From Dehalococcoidia bacterium (GTDB taxonomy: Bacteria; Chloroflexota; Dehalococcoidia; Lucifugimonadales; UBA2985): a DNA stretch of 64,000 nucleotides. Below the pieces are notes generated by a model. It was not told where the DNA came from. It worked only from the letters and a program-made list of their open reading frames with translations, and made no database searches. The translations under genes were made by a program, and so were the position numbers. Each line of letters opens with the position of its first letter. Position 1 is the first letter of the stretch. The stretch spans positions 1,783,813 to 1,847,812 of the forward strand of contig OZ252018.1 of assembly GCA_965247535.1 (NCBI GenBank), given 5' to 3'. Shown in pieces: positions 43,623 through 52,454 of the stretch.

Positions 43623-43871
43623 TTGGGGAAGCCTACGAAGCCCACAGGGAAGTCCACTACGCGCCGGACCTGTACCCTCCAGCACGGAGCGCAGTATGAA
43701 GAGGCCCACGCAAATGCCCGACTTCTGGCGGCCTCGCGGGACTTGCTGGAGGCAGTGGAGGCAATGCTTTTCGAGCACTGCGGGGCAAAGTGGACTCTGA
43801 CGGCATACACGCAGGGAACTTCGACTGCGAGATGGGCCGCCAGATGCGCTTCCGTCTCGCAGTCGCGATAG
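43623..43871 (+). CDS. small phage-like hypothetical protein
   Basis: Contains EEAHANARLLAASRDLLEAVEAML. This pattern (ANARLIAAAP.LLEAL) is one I recall from small phage/prophage proteins. The competing antisense ORF 43550..43882 looks less protein-like. Confidence 0.35.
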   Translation: MGKPTKPTGKSTTRRTCTLQHGAQYEEAHANARLLAASRDLLEAVEAMLFEHCGAKWTLTAYTQGTSTARWAARCASVSQSR

Positions 43872-44262
43872 CGCGGGGCCACATCGACGCTTAGGGATAA
43901 AAGGGTCCTAAAATTCCAGCCCGATTTCAGGCACGGAATTGACCTCTAAGCACGGGAGATAAAAGGGAACCCCTTTAACTCAGCGCTTGGGGGCACTATT
44001 GGCGAATGCCTCCAATAGCAATGGTTAGGCGCTAAGAGAGTTCGCTGAATCTATGGCGGGACTCTACTGGCCAGTGATACTAATTCCGGGGTAAGGTCAT
44101 CGGCTACGTTACTTGCGGAGCGTCTCTCCCCCAAGGAGTCTAGCTCGAACTTTCTCACTACCCGTAGACACCAAGAACTGCGGTCCTCGTGGGCGGTGGG
44201 ATTGGGGCGCGGTGGAGGGTGACGACACTGGGCAACTAGTCATCCTTCTCCCACCACCGCTT

Positions 44263-44431
44263 ACGGTAGATACCACTATCTTTGAGATGTGGCTCGGTAG
44301 CCTTTCTACGCATGAGGGTCTCTCGATTCCTGTAGTGTGACACGTCGGAGCAGAGGGGTGCAGGACGGCCACGTTGGGCCTATTTTGACGGTAGACAGAA
44401 CCATCTTCGAGATGTGGCTGGGAAGCCTGTG
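44263..44431. repeat. two imperfect 44-bp direct repeats 125 bp apart
   Basis: acggtagataccactatctttgagatgtggctcggtagcctttc (44263-44306) versus acggtagacagaaccatcttcgagatgtggctgggaagcctgtg (44388-44431), about 34/44 identical. Confidence 0.5.
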
Positions 44432-44571
44432 AGACTCACCAAGGGTTGCTGCAGCATGATTGTGACAGGATGGCAGCGCGGGCGGCCAATGTCGCCCGTT
44501 CCTATGCCGTTGCAACCAGCCTGAGTCAGGGGTTGACCTTCTCTTCAGAGGTCGTCTGGAGGAGCATGACC

Positions 44572-45306
44572 TTAGAATTTCTCGGCCTCGGACCCGAACC
44601 ACTTCTCGATGAGGGCGTTCAGAGAGCCGTCCTCCTTCATGCCGGCGATGGCCTTGTCCAGCTTGTCCTTCAAATCGCCATCGTCCTCCCTGACGCCCAC
44701 GCCGATTCCGGAATCCAGTTCGACACGCGGCCCCACCAGGGCCAGCTTTCCTTCATGCTCCGCCATACGCTCCCGGGCGAACTCCAGGTCTACCAACGCC
44801 GCATCCGCCTCTCCGCTCAAGACGGCCGAGACCACCGCAGGGGCCAGCTCGTACTCCAGGAGGGTCGCGCCTGACTGCGACAGGTGGTCCGCCTGGACGG
44901 TAGCCACCTGGGCAGCCACCTTGCCGTCTACCACATGGCCGCCAGCCCCGGCCAGTGCCAGGTAGACTGACTGGCCGGGAGGGAAGTACGGATGCGTGAA
45001 ATCGATGACCTCGTCCCGCTCGTCGGTGATGCTCATCCCGGCGAGGATGGTGTCATAGTCCCCAGCCACCAGGTTGGGTATGATGCTGTCCCAGTCGTTG
45101 GTCACCCAGGTGCATTCGAGGTCGGCCCGGCGGCACAGCTCGTCACCCAACTCCCGCTCGAATCCGTCGACTTCTCCCTCGTCGTCGATGAAGTTGTAGG
45201 GAGGATACGCCCCCTCGGTACCCATCCTGACGGCTTCGGGGCCGCCGCACGACAAGCAGGCGAAGATTAGTATGGCAATTGCGAAGATAGTCCAGCGAGT
45301 ATCCAT
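44572..45306 (-). CDS. amino-acid-type periplasmic substrate-binding lipoprotein (SBP family 3)
   Basis: Lipobox-like FACLSCGG. Also YPPYNF, DGFERELGDELC, WDSIIPNLVAGDYD and ISGMSITDER-type blocks typical of HisJ/ArgT-like binding proteins. Confidence 0.85.
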   Translation of the reverse strand: MDTRWTIFAIAILIFACLSCGGPEAVRMGTEGAYPPYNFIDDEGEVDGFERELGDELCRRADLECTWVTNDWDSIIPNLVAGDYDTILAGMSITDERDEVIDFTHPYFPPGQSVYLALAGAGGHVVDGKVAAQVATVQADHLSQSGATLLEYELAPAVVSAVLSGEADAALVDLEFARERMAEHEGKLALVGPRVELDSGIGVGVREDDGDLKDKLDKAIAGMKEDGSLNALIEKWFGSEAEKF

Positions 45307-45414
45307 AGAAATACCTCCATGTAGCCTGTCGGCTCACGGCTCCAAGCGCCCGATCCGACGTCCAGACCTGGCAGAGCGCGGGGAGACGATTCTTTTTGAA
45401 AGCGGTCCGTGCCG

Positions 45415-46068
45415 CTAGTCACCCAGCAGTCCGTTCCGTGCGGACCAGAGCACCAACTCCTGCAATGACCCGACACCCAACTTCTGCCGGATGCCATAGA
45501 TGGCGTTCCGAGCGGACACCGGCTTGATCCCCCTCGCCTCCGCTATCCGGGCGTAGGACATACCCTTGGAGAACGAGACGAGAATCTCCCGCTCCCTCGG
45601 AGTCAGCCCGGCGGCGGCATCTCCTGCCCTTCCGCTGCCGCGTATCTCCTCGAACGCCCTTCTAACAACTTCAACAGGCACCCTAAGCTCGCCCGAGACC
45701 GCGTCCCGCACGGTTGACAGCAGCCGCTCCCTGTCCGTCTCCTTCTGGAGGTATCCGGTGGCGCCGGCGGCCACGGCCTCCACTATGGCGTCAACCTCCG
45801 TCGAGGCCGTCAGCATGACCACGCGGGTCTCGGGGGCGGACACCATGATCTCCCGGCACGCTTCCACGCCATCCTTCCTCGGCATAATCACATCCATCAC
45901 CACCACGTCCGGCGACACCTCGGCGGCCACCCTTACCGCCTCCTCGCCGTCCGCCGCCTGTCCCACCACCTCGAACTCGCCGGACTGTTCCAGGACCTGC
46001 TTCAGGCCGACCCTTACGATTGAATGGTCGTCAACGATCATCACCCTTATGCGCTCGTCCGCCGACAT
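45415..46068 (-). CDS. NarL/FixJ-family response regulator (REC + LuxR HTH)
   Basis: ATG at 46068 lies 7 nt after AGGAGG. IRVMIVDDHSIVRVGL, the phospho-acceptor region VVVMDVIMP, and the C-terminal LTPREREILVSFSKGMSYARIAE. Confidence 0.9.
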   Translation of the reverse strand: MSADERIRVMIVDDHSIVRVGLKQVLEQSGEFEVVGQAADGEEAVRVAAEVSPDVVVMDVIMPRKDGVEACREIMVSAPETRVVMLTASTEVDAIVEAVAAGATGYLQKETDRERLLSTVRDAVSGELRVPVEVVRRAFEEIRGSGRAGDAAAGLTPREREILVSFSKGMSYARIAEARGIKPVSARNAIYGIRQKLGVGSLQELVLWSARNGLLGD

Positions 46069-46084
46069 TTCGGACCTCCTATCT

Positions 46085-47437
46085 CTATTGTTCCAGCGGT
46101 ACAACGCAGGTCACGGCCGCGCCGCCCATGGCGCCTCTCTGCTCCACCGCGAGACGCCCGCCCAGCCGTTCGGCGGCCCTGCTCATGTTCGCGAAGCCGT
46201 TGCCGCGCTCCGCGTAATCATCGGGAAGCCCGACCCCGTCGTCTGCTACCGAGAGACGGCTATGATTCTCAGCAAACTCCAGGTCGATGGCCACCCTGTT
46301 CGCTTTCGCATGGCGGTATGCGTTGGTGAGCGCGTTGTGCGCTATCGAGAAGAGCAGGCTCCTGGCCTCTATCGACAGCGGCGGCTCCACCCCCGTGTGA
46401 GTCATCTCGACGGGCACCGAGGTGACGTTCGTAAAGCTGGTCGCGTGGGTCCTGAGAGCCCGGCTCAACTCCCTGCCCTCGTAGATGCCGCCCACATTTA
46501 TGGGATGCCGCAGCTCCAATATGACGGACCGGGACAGCCGGGACGCCGCCTCAAGCGTGTCGGTCAGCTCCGGGTTCGCGTCTCCGGCCAGCGCCTTCGC
46601 CGTGTCGATGCCCAACCCAACCATGTACGCAGACTGGGCCGCGGTGTCGTGAATGGCCTGGGACAGTTCGACCCGCTCACGCTGAAGCGCCCGCTCGCGC
46701 TCCACCGCCTGCCTCCATCTCATCCGCTCGAACCTCGTTGCCAGGTTGACTGCCGCCACGACCGCATACATGACCGCTATCCTGGCCAGGAGCGCCTTCT
46801 CGTCCCTTGCCTCGGTGTCTATTCCATCCCCCACGGTCAGACTGATCGCCACGTAGACGACGGACGCCATCGTCACCCAGACCATGTTGAGCCTGAAGGA
46901 ATTGAATAGCACCGCCAACCCGGCCAGTGCGGGATAGTAGAACAGGTGGTGGAAGGAGTGACTGAAGCCGTCGCTTAACGCCACCACCGCCGAAATCAGG
47001 AACACGTCCAACGCGTAAAGAGCCACAAGCCAGTGCCATGTAATCGGCCTGCTGGACAGGAGACGGTATTGAAGGTACCCGATAAACCCAGTCAACACCA
47101 GAAGGATCAGCGGAAAGGGGGCATACCTGGCAACCCCGAAGTACAAATAGGGGCGATAGACCAGTTCGAACAGTAGTACGGCGATCATGAACCAGTGCGC
47201 CCTGACAGAAATGATGGCCACGAACCTCAGTCCGTCCGGGTCGATCTGGTTGAGCACCCAGTCGTTTACCCGGAAGGTGGCGGCTGCTCTCTTCACTAGC
47301 TGCCGTACCCGGACGTTGTGGAACCCGTGAGGCATCTCGTATCCCCGGCCGTGGATGTATAAGGCGCTTTGATAGTTGTGGGCGGGCGTACCCGGCGCAT
47401 CTCCAATCAATCTAACCATCATGGGCCATGTGCACAA
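46085..47437 (-). CDS. membrane sensor histidine kinase (HisKA_3 / NarX-LiaS type)
   Basis: Five or six N-terminal TM segments, H-box LSQAIHDTAAQS, and HATPase blocks NALTNAYRHA, DDGVGLP and GNGFANM. Start choice is uncertain. Confidence 0.85.
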   Translation of the reverse strand: MCTWPMMVRLIGDAPGTPAHNYQSALYIHGRGYEMPHGFHNVRVRQLVKRAAATFRVNDWVLNQIDPDGLRFVAIISVRAHWFMIAVLLFELVYRPYLYFGVARYAPFPLILLVLTGFIGYLQYRLLSSRPITWHWLVALYALDVFLISAVVALSDGFSHSFHHLFYYPALAGLAVLFNSFRLNMVWVTMASVVYVAISLTVGDGIDTEARDEKALLARIAVMYAVVAAVNLATRFERMRWRQAVERERALQRERVELSQAIHDTAAQSAYMVGLGIDTAKALAGDANPELTDTLEAASRLSRSVILELRHPINVGGIYEGRELSRALRTHATSFTNVTSVPVEMTHTGVEPPLSIEARSLLFSIAHNALTNAYRHAKANRVAIDLEFAENHSRLSVADDGVGLPDDYAERGNGFANMSRAAERLGGRLAVEQRGAMGGAAVTCVVPLEQ

Positions 47438-47790
47438 GAAGCATATGCCCTAGCGGCTATAGCGATAGTACCTGTGGTTAGGTCACTACAGCTGTTTGTA
47501 GATAGGCGTAACTAGTCGAGAGCTGTGTGCGGCCCTGAATGACTCTCTCCAAGTCAGGCTGGAACCAAGGTCGTCCAGTGTGTGCATGAGAGGGTTCACG
47601 GTTCCATTCAGCTTCCATCCAGAAGGGCATTCGACTGTCTCGCGGCAGGGCACACGCCCCAATGCCTTAGGGCATTTGCTACTTGCGCCGGTATGGAGAA
47701 TTCCGGTAATCTTCGGCAGCTTTCAGACGTCGCGATAACGCCCATCCTGTGGCACTCCCGACCTGATAAACAGCAGGAGGTTTCGTAGAA

Positions 47791-49167
47791 TTGTTCATCA
47801 ACTCCGCCATCAGCCGCCGGAATGCACTCACCGGCTCGATCATGCTCATCGCAGCCCTCCTCATCGCAGCCCTCGGGTTGATGTTCACCCTGCCCTTCCA
47901 GGTGGAGGCGGCGAGTCCCTGTCCCGCGGTCAACGACTGGTGCACGACGATGACGGTGGCAGACGCCGAGGGTGACGGATTATTACACGGGTATGAATTT
48001 GACAAGTACGGCTCGATCGTCGACGACACGATCCAACCCGGCGGCGCAAACATCAACGTCTGGACCGTGCACGCCCTTGCGCACCCGCTCCCGCAACTGC
48101 CCGATTACATTTACTTCGGCTCTATCCCGAGGGTGCCGCGCGGCACGCAGGTCACCATTGAAGGGCACACGTTCATAGCGGACGCGGAGTCGGACGACGG
48201 CGAGTTCGGCGATCGATGGGATATTCCCTCTGGCGAGTTGCCCGCCAGCCTGGTCTGGTCGCCAGGCCAGGAGGTCACGGTAAGCGTGAAGCTTGCCTCC
48301 CCGTGCGACAACCTGGACAACCTGGTCAACGCCATCGTCGTCAAGAACCTGACCGGTGAGATCACCCAAGCGGGAGACACCAACCTCCACAAGATCAGGC
48401 TCGACCCCTACAAGAGCTACCTCATCGAGGCCATCGGAGTGGACGGCAGCGACATGCTCGGCGTCGAGGAACACCCCAACCTCACCCTGGAGGACCCTGA
48501 AATCCCCGCCATCTGGAACGCCAGAGGCAGATCCGAGTTGATTACCTACGGTTCCAAGAGTGACGGCAACGCCATCAGGCGCATCTTGCGAACCGACCAC
48601 CGCACCTACAAGATCGAGGTTTCCTCAGGCAACAACGGCACCGGCACCTACCAACTCAAGGTCCGGGTCAACAACATCTGCCGGATCAACGACGACGACG
48701 ACGCACAGTACCAGTGGGCAGGAGGCCCAGAGGGATACCCCGCCGACTCCGACCTGCTGGCTGGAACCGGAGGACGCCAGGTCCTCCGGGCCGGCACCGA
48801 CTGGGGGAACAACAACGTGACCCGACCGGAACTCCACCACGTTCTCGGCGACAACTGGGACTCCAACCCCGACGAGGACTGGTTCGGGGTAGACCTCGAG
48901 CAGGGTGAGGAGTACACCGTCAGACTAAGGACCAAGACCAGCCTGCCGGAGAGGCTGCAAGCCACCCAGCTCAAGATCCTGGGCATCAAAGACGCCGACG
49001 GGAACGCCATCAGCGGCACCGCCAGCGCGGGAGACGCCGGAAAGAAGGTCTTCGTCGAAGACTGGACAGCCCCCAGCACGGGCCGTTACTATATCGCAGT
49101 GGGTTCTGAGGGCACAGACCGCACCGGAACCTATTGGATCAGCATCACCAGGAAGGTCTCGAACTGA
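47791..49167 (+). CDS. secreted protein with two PPC (pre-peptidase C-terminal)-like domains
   Basis: Signal/TM segment IMLIAALLIAALGLMF..VEAAS. Two beta-sandwich signatures end in GTGTYQLKVRV and DEDWFGVDLEQGEEYTV..TGRYYIAVGSEG..TGTYWISITR. The start is TTG at 47791, 10 nt after AGGAGG. Confidence 0.7.
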   Translation: MFINSAISRRNALTGSIMLIAALLIAALGLMFTLPFQVEAASPCPAVNDWCTTMTVADAEGDGLLHGYEFDKYGSIVDDTIQPGGANINVWTVHALAHPLPQLPDYIYFGSIPRVPRGTQVTIEGHTFIADAESDDGEFGDRWDIPSGELPASLVWSPGQEVTVSVKLASPCDNLDNLVNAIVVKNLTGEITQAGDTNLHKIRLDPYKSYLIEAIGVDGSDMLGVEEHPNLTLEDPEIPAIWNARGRSELITYGSKSDGNAIRRILRTDHRTYKIEVSSGNNGTGTYQLKVRVNNICRINDDDDAQYQWAGGPEGYPADSDLLAGTGGRQVLRAGTDWGNNNVTRPELHHVLGDNWDSNPDEDWFGVDLEQGEEYTVRLRTKTSLPERLQATQLKILGIKDADGNAISGTASAGDAGKKVFVEDWTAPSTGRYYIAVGSEGTDRTGTYWISITRKVSN

Positions 49168-49288
49168 CGACAACCCGCGACAGCAGCGTCTCCGCCACCT
49201 TGGACACGACATCCGCAGTCGCCGTTATGACGGCCCTCATCAGGGGCATGTCGTCCTCAACTCCAGGGAAGAATCGCGGGACACGCGG

Positions 49289-49535
49289 ACGTATCTCATC
49301 TTCGAGGTGACCCCGAACCGGGAAGCGAACAAGGAAGTGCGCGTGGACTACGTCACCGTGGACGGTACTGCGGTGGCGGGCCGGGACTACGAGCCGAAGT
49401 CAGGGACGCTGGTGTTTGGCAGGCGCGATCTTACGAAGACGATATGGATGCCGGTAGAGTTCGACGCGGCGTACGAGGACACCGAGACTATGACGCTGCG
49501 GCTGTCGAACCCACGTGGCGGAGTCTGGTTGGCAA
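49289..49535 (+). pseudogene. orphan Calx-beta domain fragment
   Basis: TYLIFEVTPNREANKEVRVDYVTVDGTAVAGRDYEPKSGTLVFGRRDLTKTIWMPVEFDAAYEDTETMTLRLSNPRGG is the C-terminal two-thirds of a Calx-beta domain. There is no signal peptide or proper start, and the upstream in-frame sequence is non-homologous. Confidence 0.5.
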
Positions 49536-49618
49536 ATGATAACTCGCCAACCCGCATTGCCCGGCGCCTCCAAGGCCATCAGGGCGATAGTCGCCGGTCC
49601 ACTCCTCGTTGCGGCGCT

Positions 49619-50323
49619 ATGCCTCGCCGGAGCGATGACGACCCGCAGGCAAGGAGGTATATTCGCAACACCCTCTCGGAGGCAGGGTTCACGCCGGTTC
49701 TAACCGGCAATCCCGACGAGGTGGAACGCCTCGTGGAGGCGGAAAAGCCACATCTTGTCCTGGTGGACCTGATGTCGCCCTGGGCCGATGGATTCGAGCT
49801 GATGGAACGCATCGACAGGATATCCGATGCCCCGGTCATCTTCCTGTCCAGGCAAGGCATCGGCCAAGACATGGACCGGGGCTTCGAGCTTGGTGCCGCC
49901 GACTACGTCGTCAAGCCCTTCACGCCAACAGAGCTGGTGGCGAGAATCAGAGCGGCCTTGCGGAAGCGGGCGGCGCCCGGCCAGACAGGGCAGCTGGAGC
50001 CTTTCCTGCTTGGCGACCTGGCTATCGACTACGCCGAGCGCTTCGTGACCGTTGCCGGCCGCAAGGTGCATTTGACAGCGACCGAGTACAAGCTGCTCTT
50101 CGAGCTTTCCACGGCTGCCGAGCGCGTGTTGACGCACGAACAGCTGTTGAGAAAGGTCTGGGGACCGATATACTCAGGCGATGCGCAGATCGTGTATACC
50201 TACGTCAAGCAGCTACGCAACAAACTGGAGGACAACGCCAGGCGGCCCACGTACATATTTACCGAACCTAGGGTGGGCTACCGCATGGCAATGCCGGCAA
50301 CGGTGTGGCCATTCCCAGAGTGA
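49619..50323 (+). CDS. OmpR/PhoB-family response regulator with atypical N-terminus
   Basis: The winged-helix C-terminus (TATEYKLLFEL..VYTYVKQLRNKLE..IFTEPRVGYRM) and the REC core (LVLVDLMSPWADGFEL, YVVKPF) are present. From ATG 49619 the protein is 234 aa, but it begins MPRRSDDDP and so lacks the usual hydrophobic beta-1 strand. The reading frame stays open upstream into the Calx-beta fragment. Confidence 0.65.
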   Translation: MPRRSDDDPQARRYIRNTLSEAGFTPVLTGNPDEVERLVEAEKPHLVLVDLMSPWADGFELMERIDRISDAPVIFLSRQGIGQDMDRGFELGAADYVVKPFTPTELVARIRAALRKRAAPGQTGQLEPFLLGDLAIDYAERFVTVAGRKVHLTATEYKLLFELSTAAERVLTHEQLLRKVWGPIYSGDAQIVYTYVKQLRNKLEDNARRPTYIFTEPRVGYRMAMPATVWPFPE

Positions 50324-50327
50324 TGTC

Positions 50328-51266
50328 GTGACCGTCAGGATCGGCACCGACAGCACTTCCGATATCGCCAGCTCTGTAGCCCGGAAGCTAGGCAATACCG
50401 TGGTTGCCCAGAATGTCCACTTCGGTACCCGCGCCTTCGAGGACAACGTTACCATTACACCGGACGAGTTTTACTCGATGCTGTCCGCCAGCCCGGAATA
50501 GCCCAAGACTTCACAGGCGTCACCCGGGCGACTCAAGAACGTCTATGACGAGCTGAGCCAGGACGCCGACGGGATCGTGTACATCCACATCTCGTCTAAG
50601 ATCAGCGGCACATACAACTCGGCCCTTCAGGCAGCCGCTGCGACCTCCGCAGGGTGTTCGGTCGAGGTAATCGACTCGGGGCAGGCCTCGATGGGCCTCG
50701 GTTTGGTCGTCCTGGCGGCGGCGGCGGCCGCCAGAATGGGGGCAGGACTGGATGAGGTCATCTCGGCAGCCCGAAACGCGGTGGGCAGAGCTCAGTGTCT
50801 CTGCCTGTTTGAGACGCTGGAATACCTTCAGAAGGGCGGTCGGCTCGGCAGGGCCCAAGCGCTCGTCGGCTCGGTACTGAAGATCAAGCCGATGATGATC
50901 GTACGGGACGGTGAAGTGCATCCTCTGGGCAAGGCCCGGACGTTCCCGAGGGCCCTGGCCAAGATGAAGCAGACTGCGCGTGAGTTCGCGCCGATCGAGT
51001 CCCTGGCTGTGATGCATAGCACCACGCCCCAATTTGCAGAAGAGATCGCTGACGAACTCGCTGACATGCTGCCTGGGGACACGGAGCCTCACGTCACCCG
51101 CTTCGGTCCTGCGCTGGGGGTCTATGCCGGCCCCGGTGCCATTGGAATAGCACTCCTTCAGGCCGGGGGGGGGGGGGGGGTAGGTGTTGCCTCGGCGGGA
51201 TCTCTGCGCTTCTTAACCGCGCTGCCGTCGCGCTCCACCACCGCCAGCAGGCCTTCCTCACCCTAG
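50328..51266 (+). pseudogene. DegV-family fatty-acid-binding protein with in-frame TAG
   Basis: GTG at 50328 gives VTVRIGTDSTSDI.. (DegV N-terminus). TAG at 50499-50501 interrupts ..SASPE*PKTSQASPG.. where homologs have Leu-Pro-(T/K)-TSQP. The same frame continues with IHISSKISGTYNSA..LQKGGRLG..KIKP. The 3' end runs through a G16 tract. Confidence 0.8.
51165..51180. repeat. G16 homopolymer
   Basis: Sixteen consecutive G, counted directly, immediately followed by tag. With 15 G the DegV frame would stop right after the tract. Confidence 0.95.
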
Positions 51267-51484
51267 CTGGGCGTCTACCGCAAGGTGCGGCAGACGCTGG
51301 CCAAGTCTTCACTGATAGGGTCTTTGGGTAACGCCGCGTCTCCTGGACCTGTCGACTCTTCCAGCAAAACCGACCCCGACGCTGTCGGCACGAGAAGAAA
51401 CTCGGAATACTCTCAGAGCAATTTACCCCGTTTCTTCAGACCAGATTCAGACTCGCCTGCGAAGATTGTTTACCAGAGAAACAT

Positions 51485-51988
51485 TTGAGAGGAGCGCATG
51501 TCGCCGTGAATTTGAATCAGACTCGACAACATGCCGCCATTGCGGAAAGGCAACCCGCCGATCTGGGGGAATGCGTGGCTGGCCTGGTAAACGTAGCCTA
51601 CAGGGGGATGGCGGAACAGGTTGCGTCCCACGATATCAACCCCTTGGAGTTCGCTCTCCTCAGAGCCTTCCTGGTTAAAGAAGAGTGGACCACCTCTCGA
51701 TTGGCGCAATTCTTGCCGGTCAAGGTTCCCCGCATAAGCCTTATGGTGACCAAGATGGTGGACAGGGGCCTGGTTCGGAGGCGGCGCCCCCGCGACGACC
51801 GGCGCGTCGTGCTACTGACCCTGACCGAGGAGGGCAAGTCGCTGACGCTGGAGCTTCACCGGCGCGTGCAGGCGTACGACGCAACGCTCTCCAAGGGCAT
51901 CTGTGAAGAGGAGATGGCGGTTTTTATTTCCGTCACCTCCAAGGTCATGACCAACTACGCTGCCTTGGTGCAGTCGAAGTCACTGTAG
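51485..51988 (+). CDS. MarR-family transcriptional regulator
   Basis: The winged-HTH pattern is TTSRLAQFLPVKVPRISLMVTKMVDRGLVRRRRPRDDRRVVLLTLTEEG. The exact start is uncertain (TTG at 51485 or a downstream GTG/ATG). Confidence 0.85.
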   Translation: MRGAHVAVNLNQTRQHAAIAERQPADLGECVAGLVNVAYRGMAEQVASHDINPLEFALLRAFLVKEEWTTSRLAQFLPVKVPRISLMVTKMVDRGLVRRRRPRDDRRVVLLTLTEEGKSLTLELHRRVQAYDATLSKGICEEEMAVFISVTSKVMTNYAALVQSKSL

Positions 51989-52000
51989 GTGCCCACGTAA

Positions 52001-52436
52001 ATGAAAAGGCTTGTGGTTAAACCGGTCTGGCTTATTCTCGTCATTTCTGCGCTGGCTTCTAGCCTGACCATTCTCCTCGCCGCACCGGCCTATGCCCCGA
52101 CCTTGATCCCCGAGTTCAAAATCCAGGTGGTTCATGCCGGACCTGACGCTCAGGTTCACGAGGGCGCTCAGGCCGAGTTCCTGGTGACCAAGAAACGAGT
52201 ATGTCCGTGTACAGCGTGACCGTGGACTTTGAAACATGGGAGCCCGGCCTGGAGACAGCAACGGAGACAACCCGAGCCTCCAGACGCACCGGATCACTTT
52301 CTTTAGAAACGGAAGCACGGCTAAGACGATCAAGTGCCAGAAGACAATTCCCACTCCTTCCTCGCCGCAACCACACATCATGCGTCACCGCAGCCTCAAA
52401 CCAGGCCACCCTGGGACCCCCAACCCAAAATGATTC
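52001..52436 (+). pseudogene. small secreted single-domain paralog of the giant gene's first domain, two frameshifts
   Basis: A signal peptide (MKRLVVKPVWLILVISALASSLTILLAAPAYA) precedes VHEGAQAEFLVTKKR (frame 2). The sequence continues SVYSVTVDFETWEPGLETA (frame 1) and NGDNPSLQTHRITFFRNGSTAKTIK (frame 0). It parallels VHEGGLATFTLKRTGG..VKTWETNH..ATEQFHDVTF of the next gene. Confidence 0.55.
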
Positions 52437-52454
52437 ATAGGCAATAACCCGACC

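Noticed and set aside
43550-43882. 110-aa minus-strand ORF overlapping the phage-like plus-strand ORF
   Set aside because: Its composition is Ala/Arg/Val-rich junk, whereas the plus-strand frame contains a recognisable helical ANARLLAA..LLEAVEAML motif. Neither ORF is strongly supported, so only the plus-strand ORF is listed, at low confidence.
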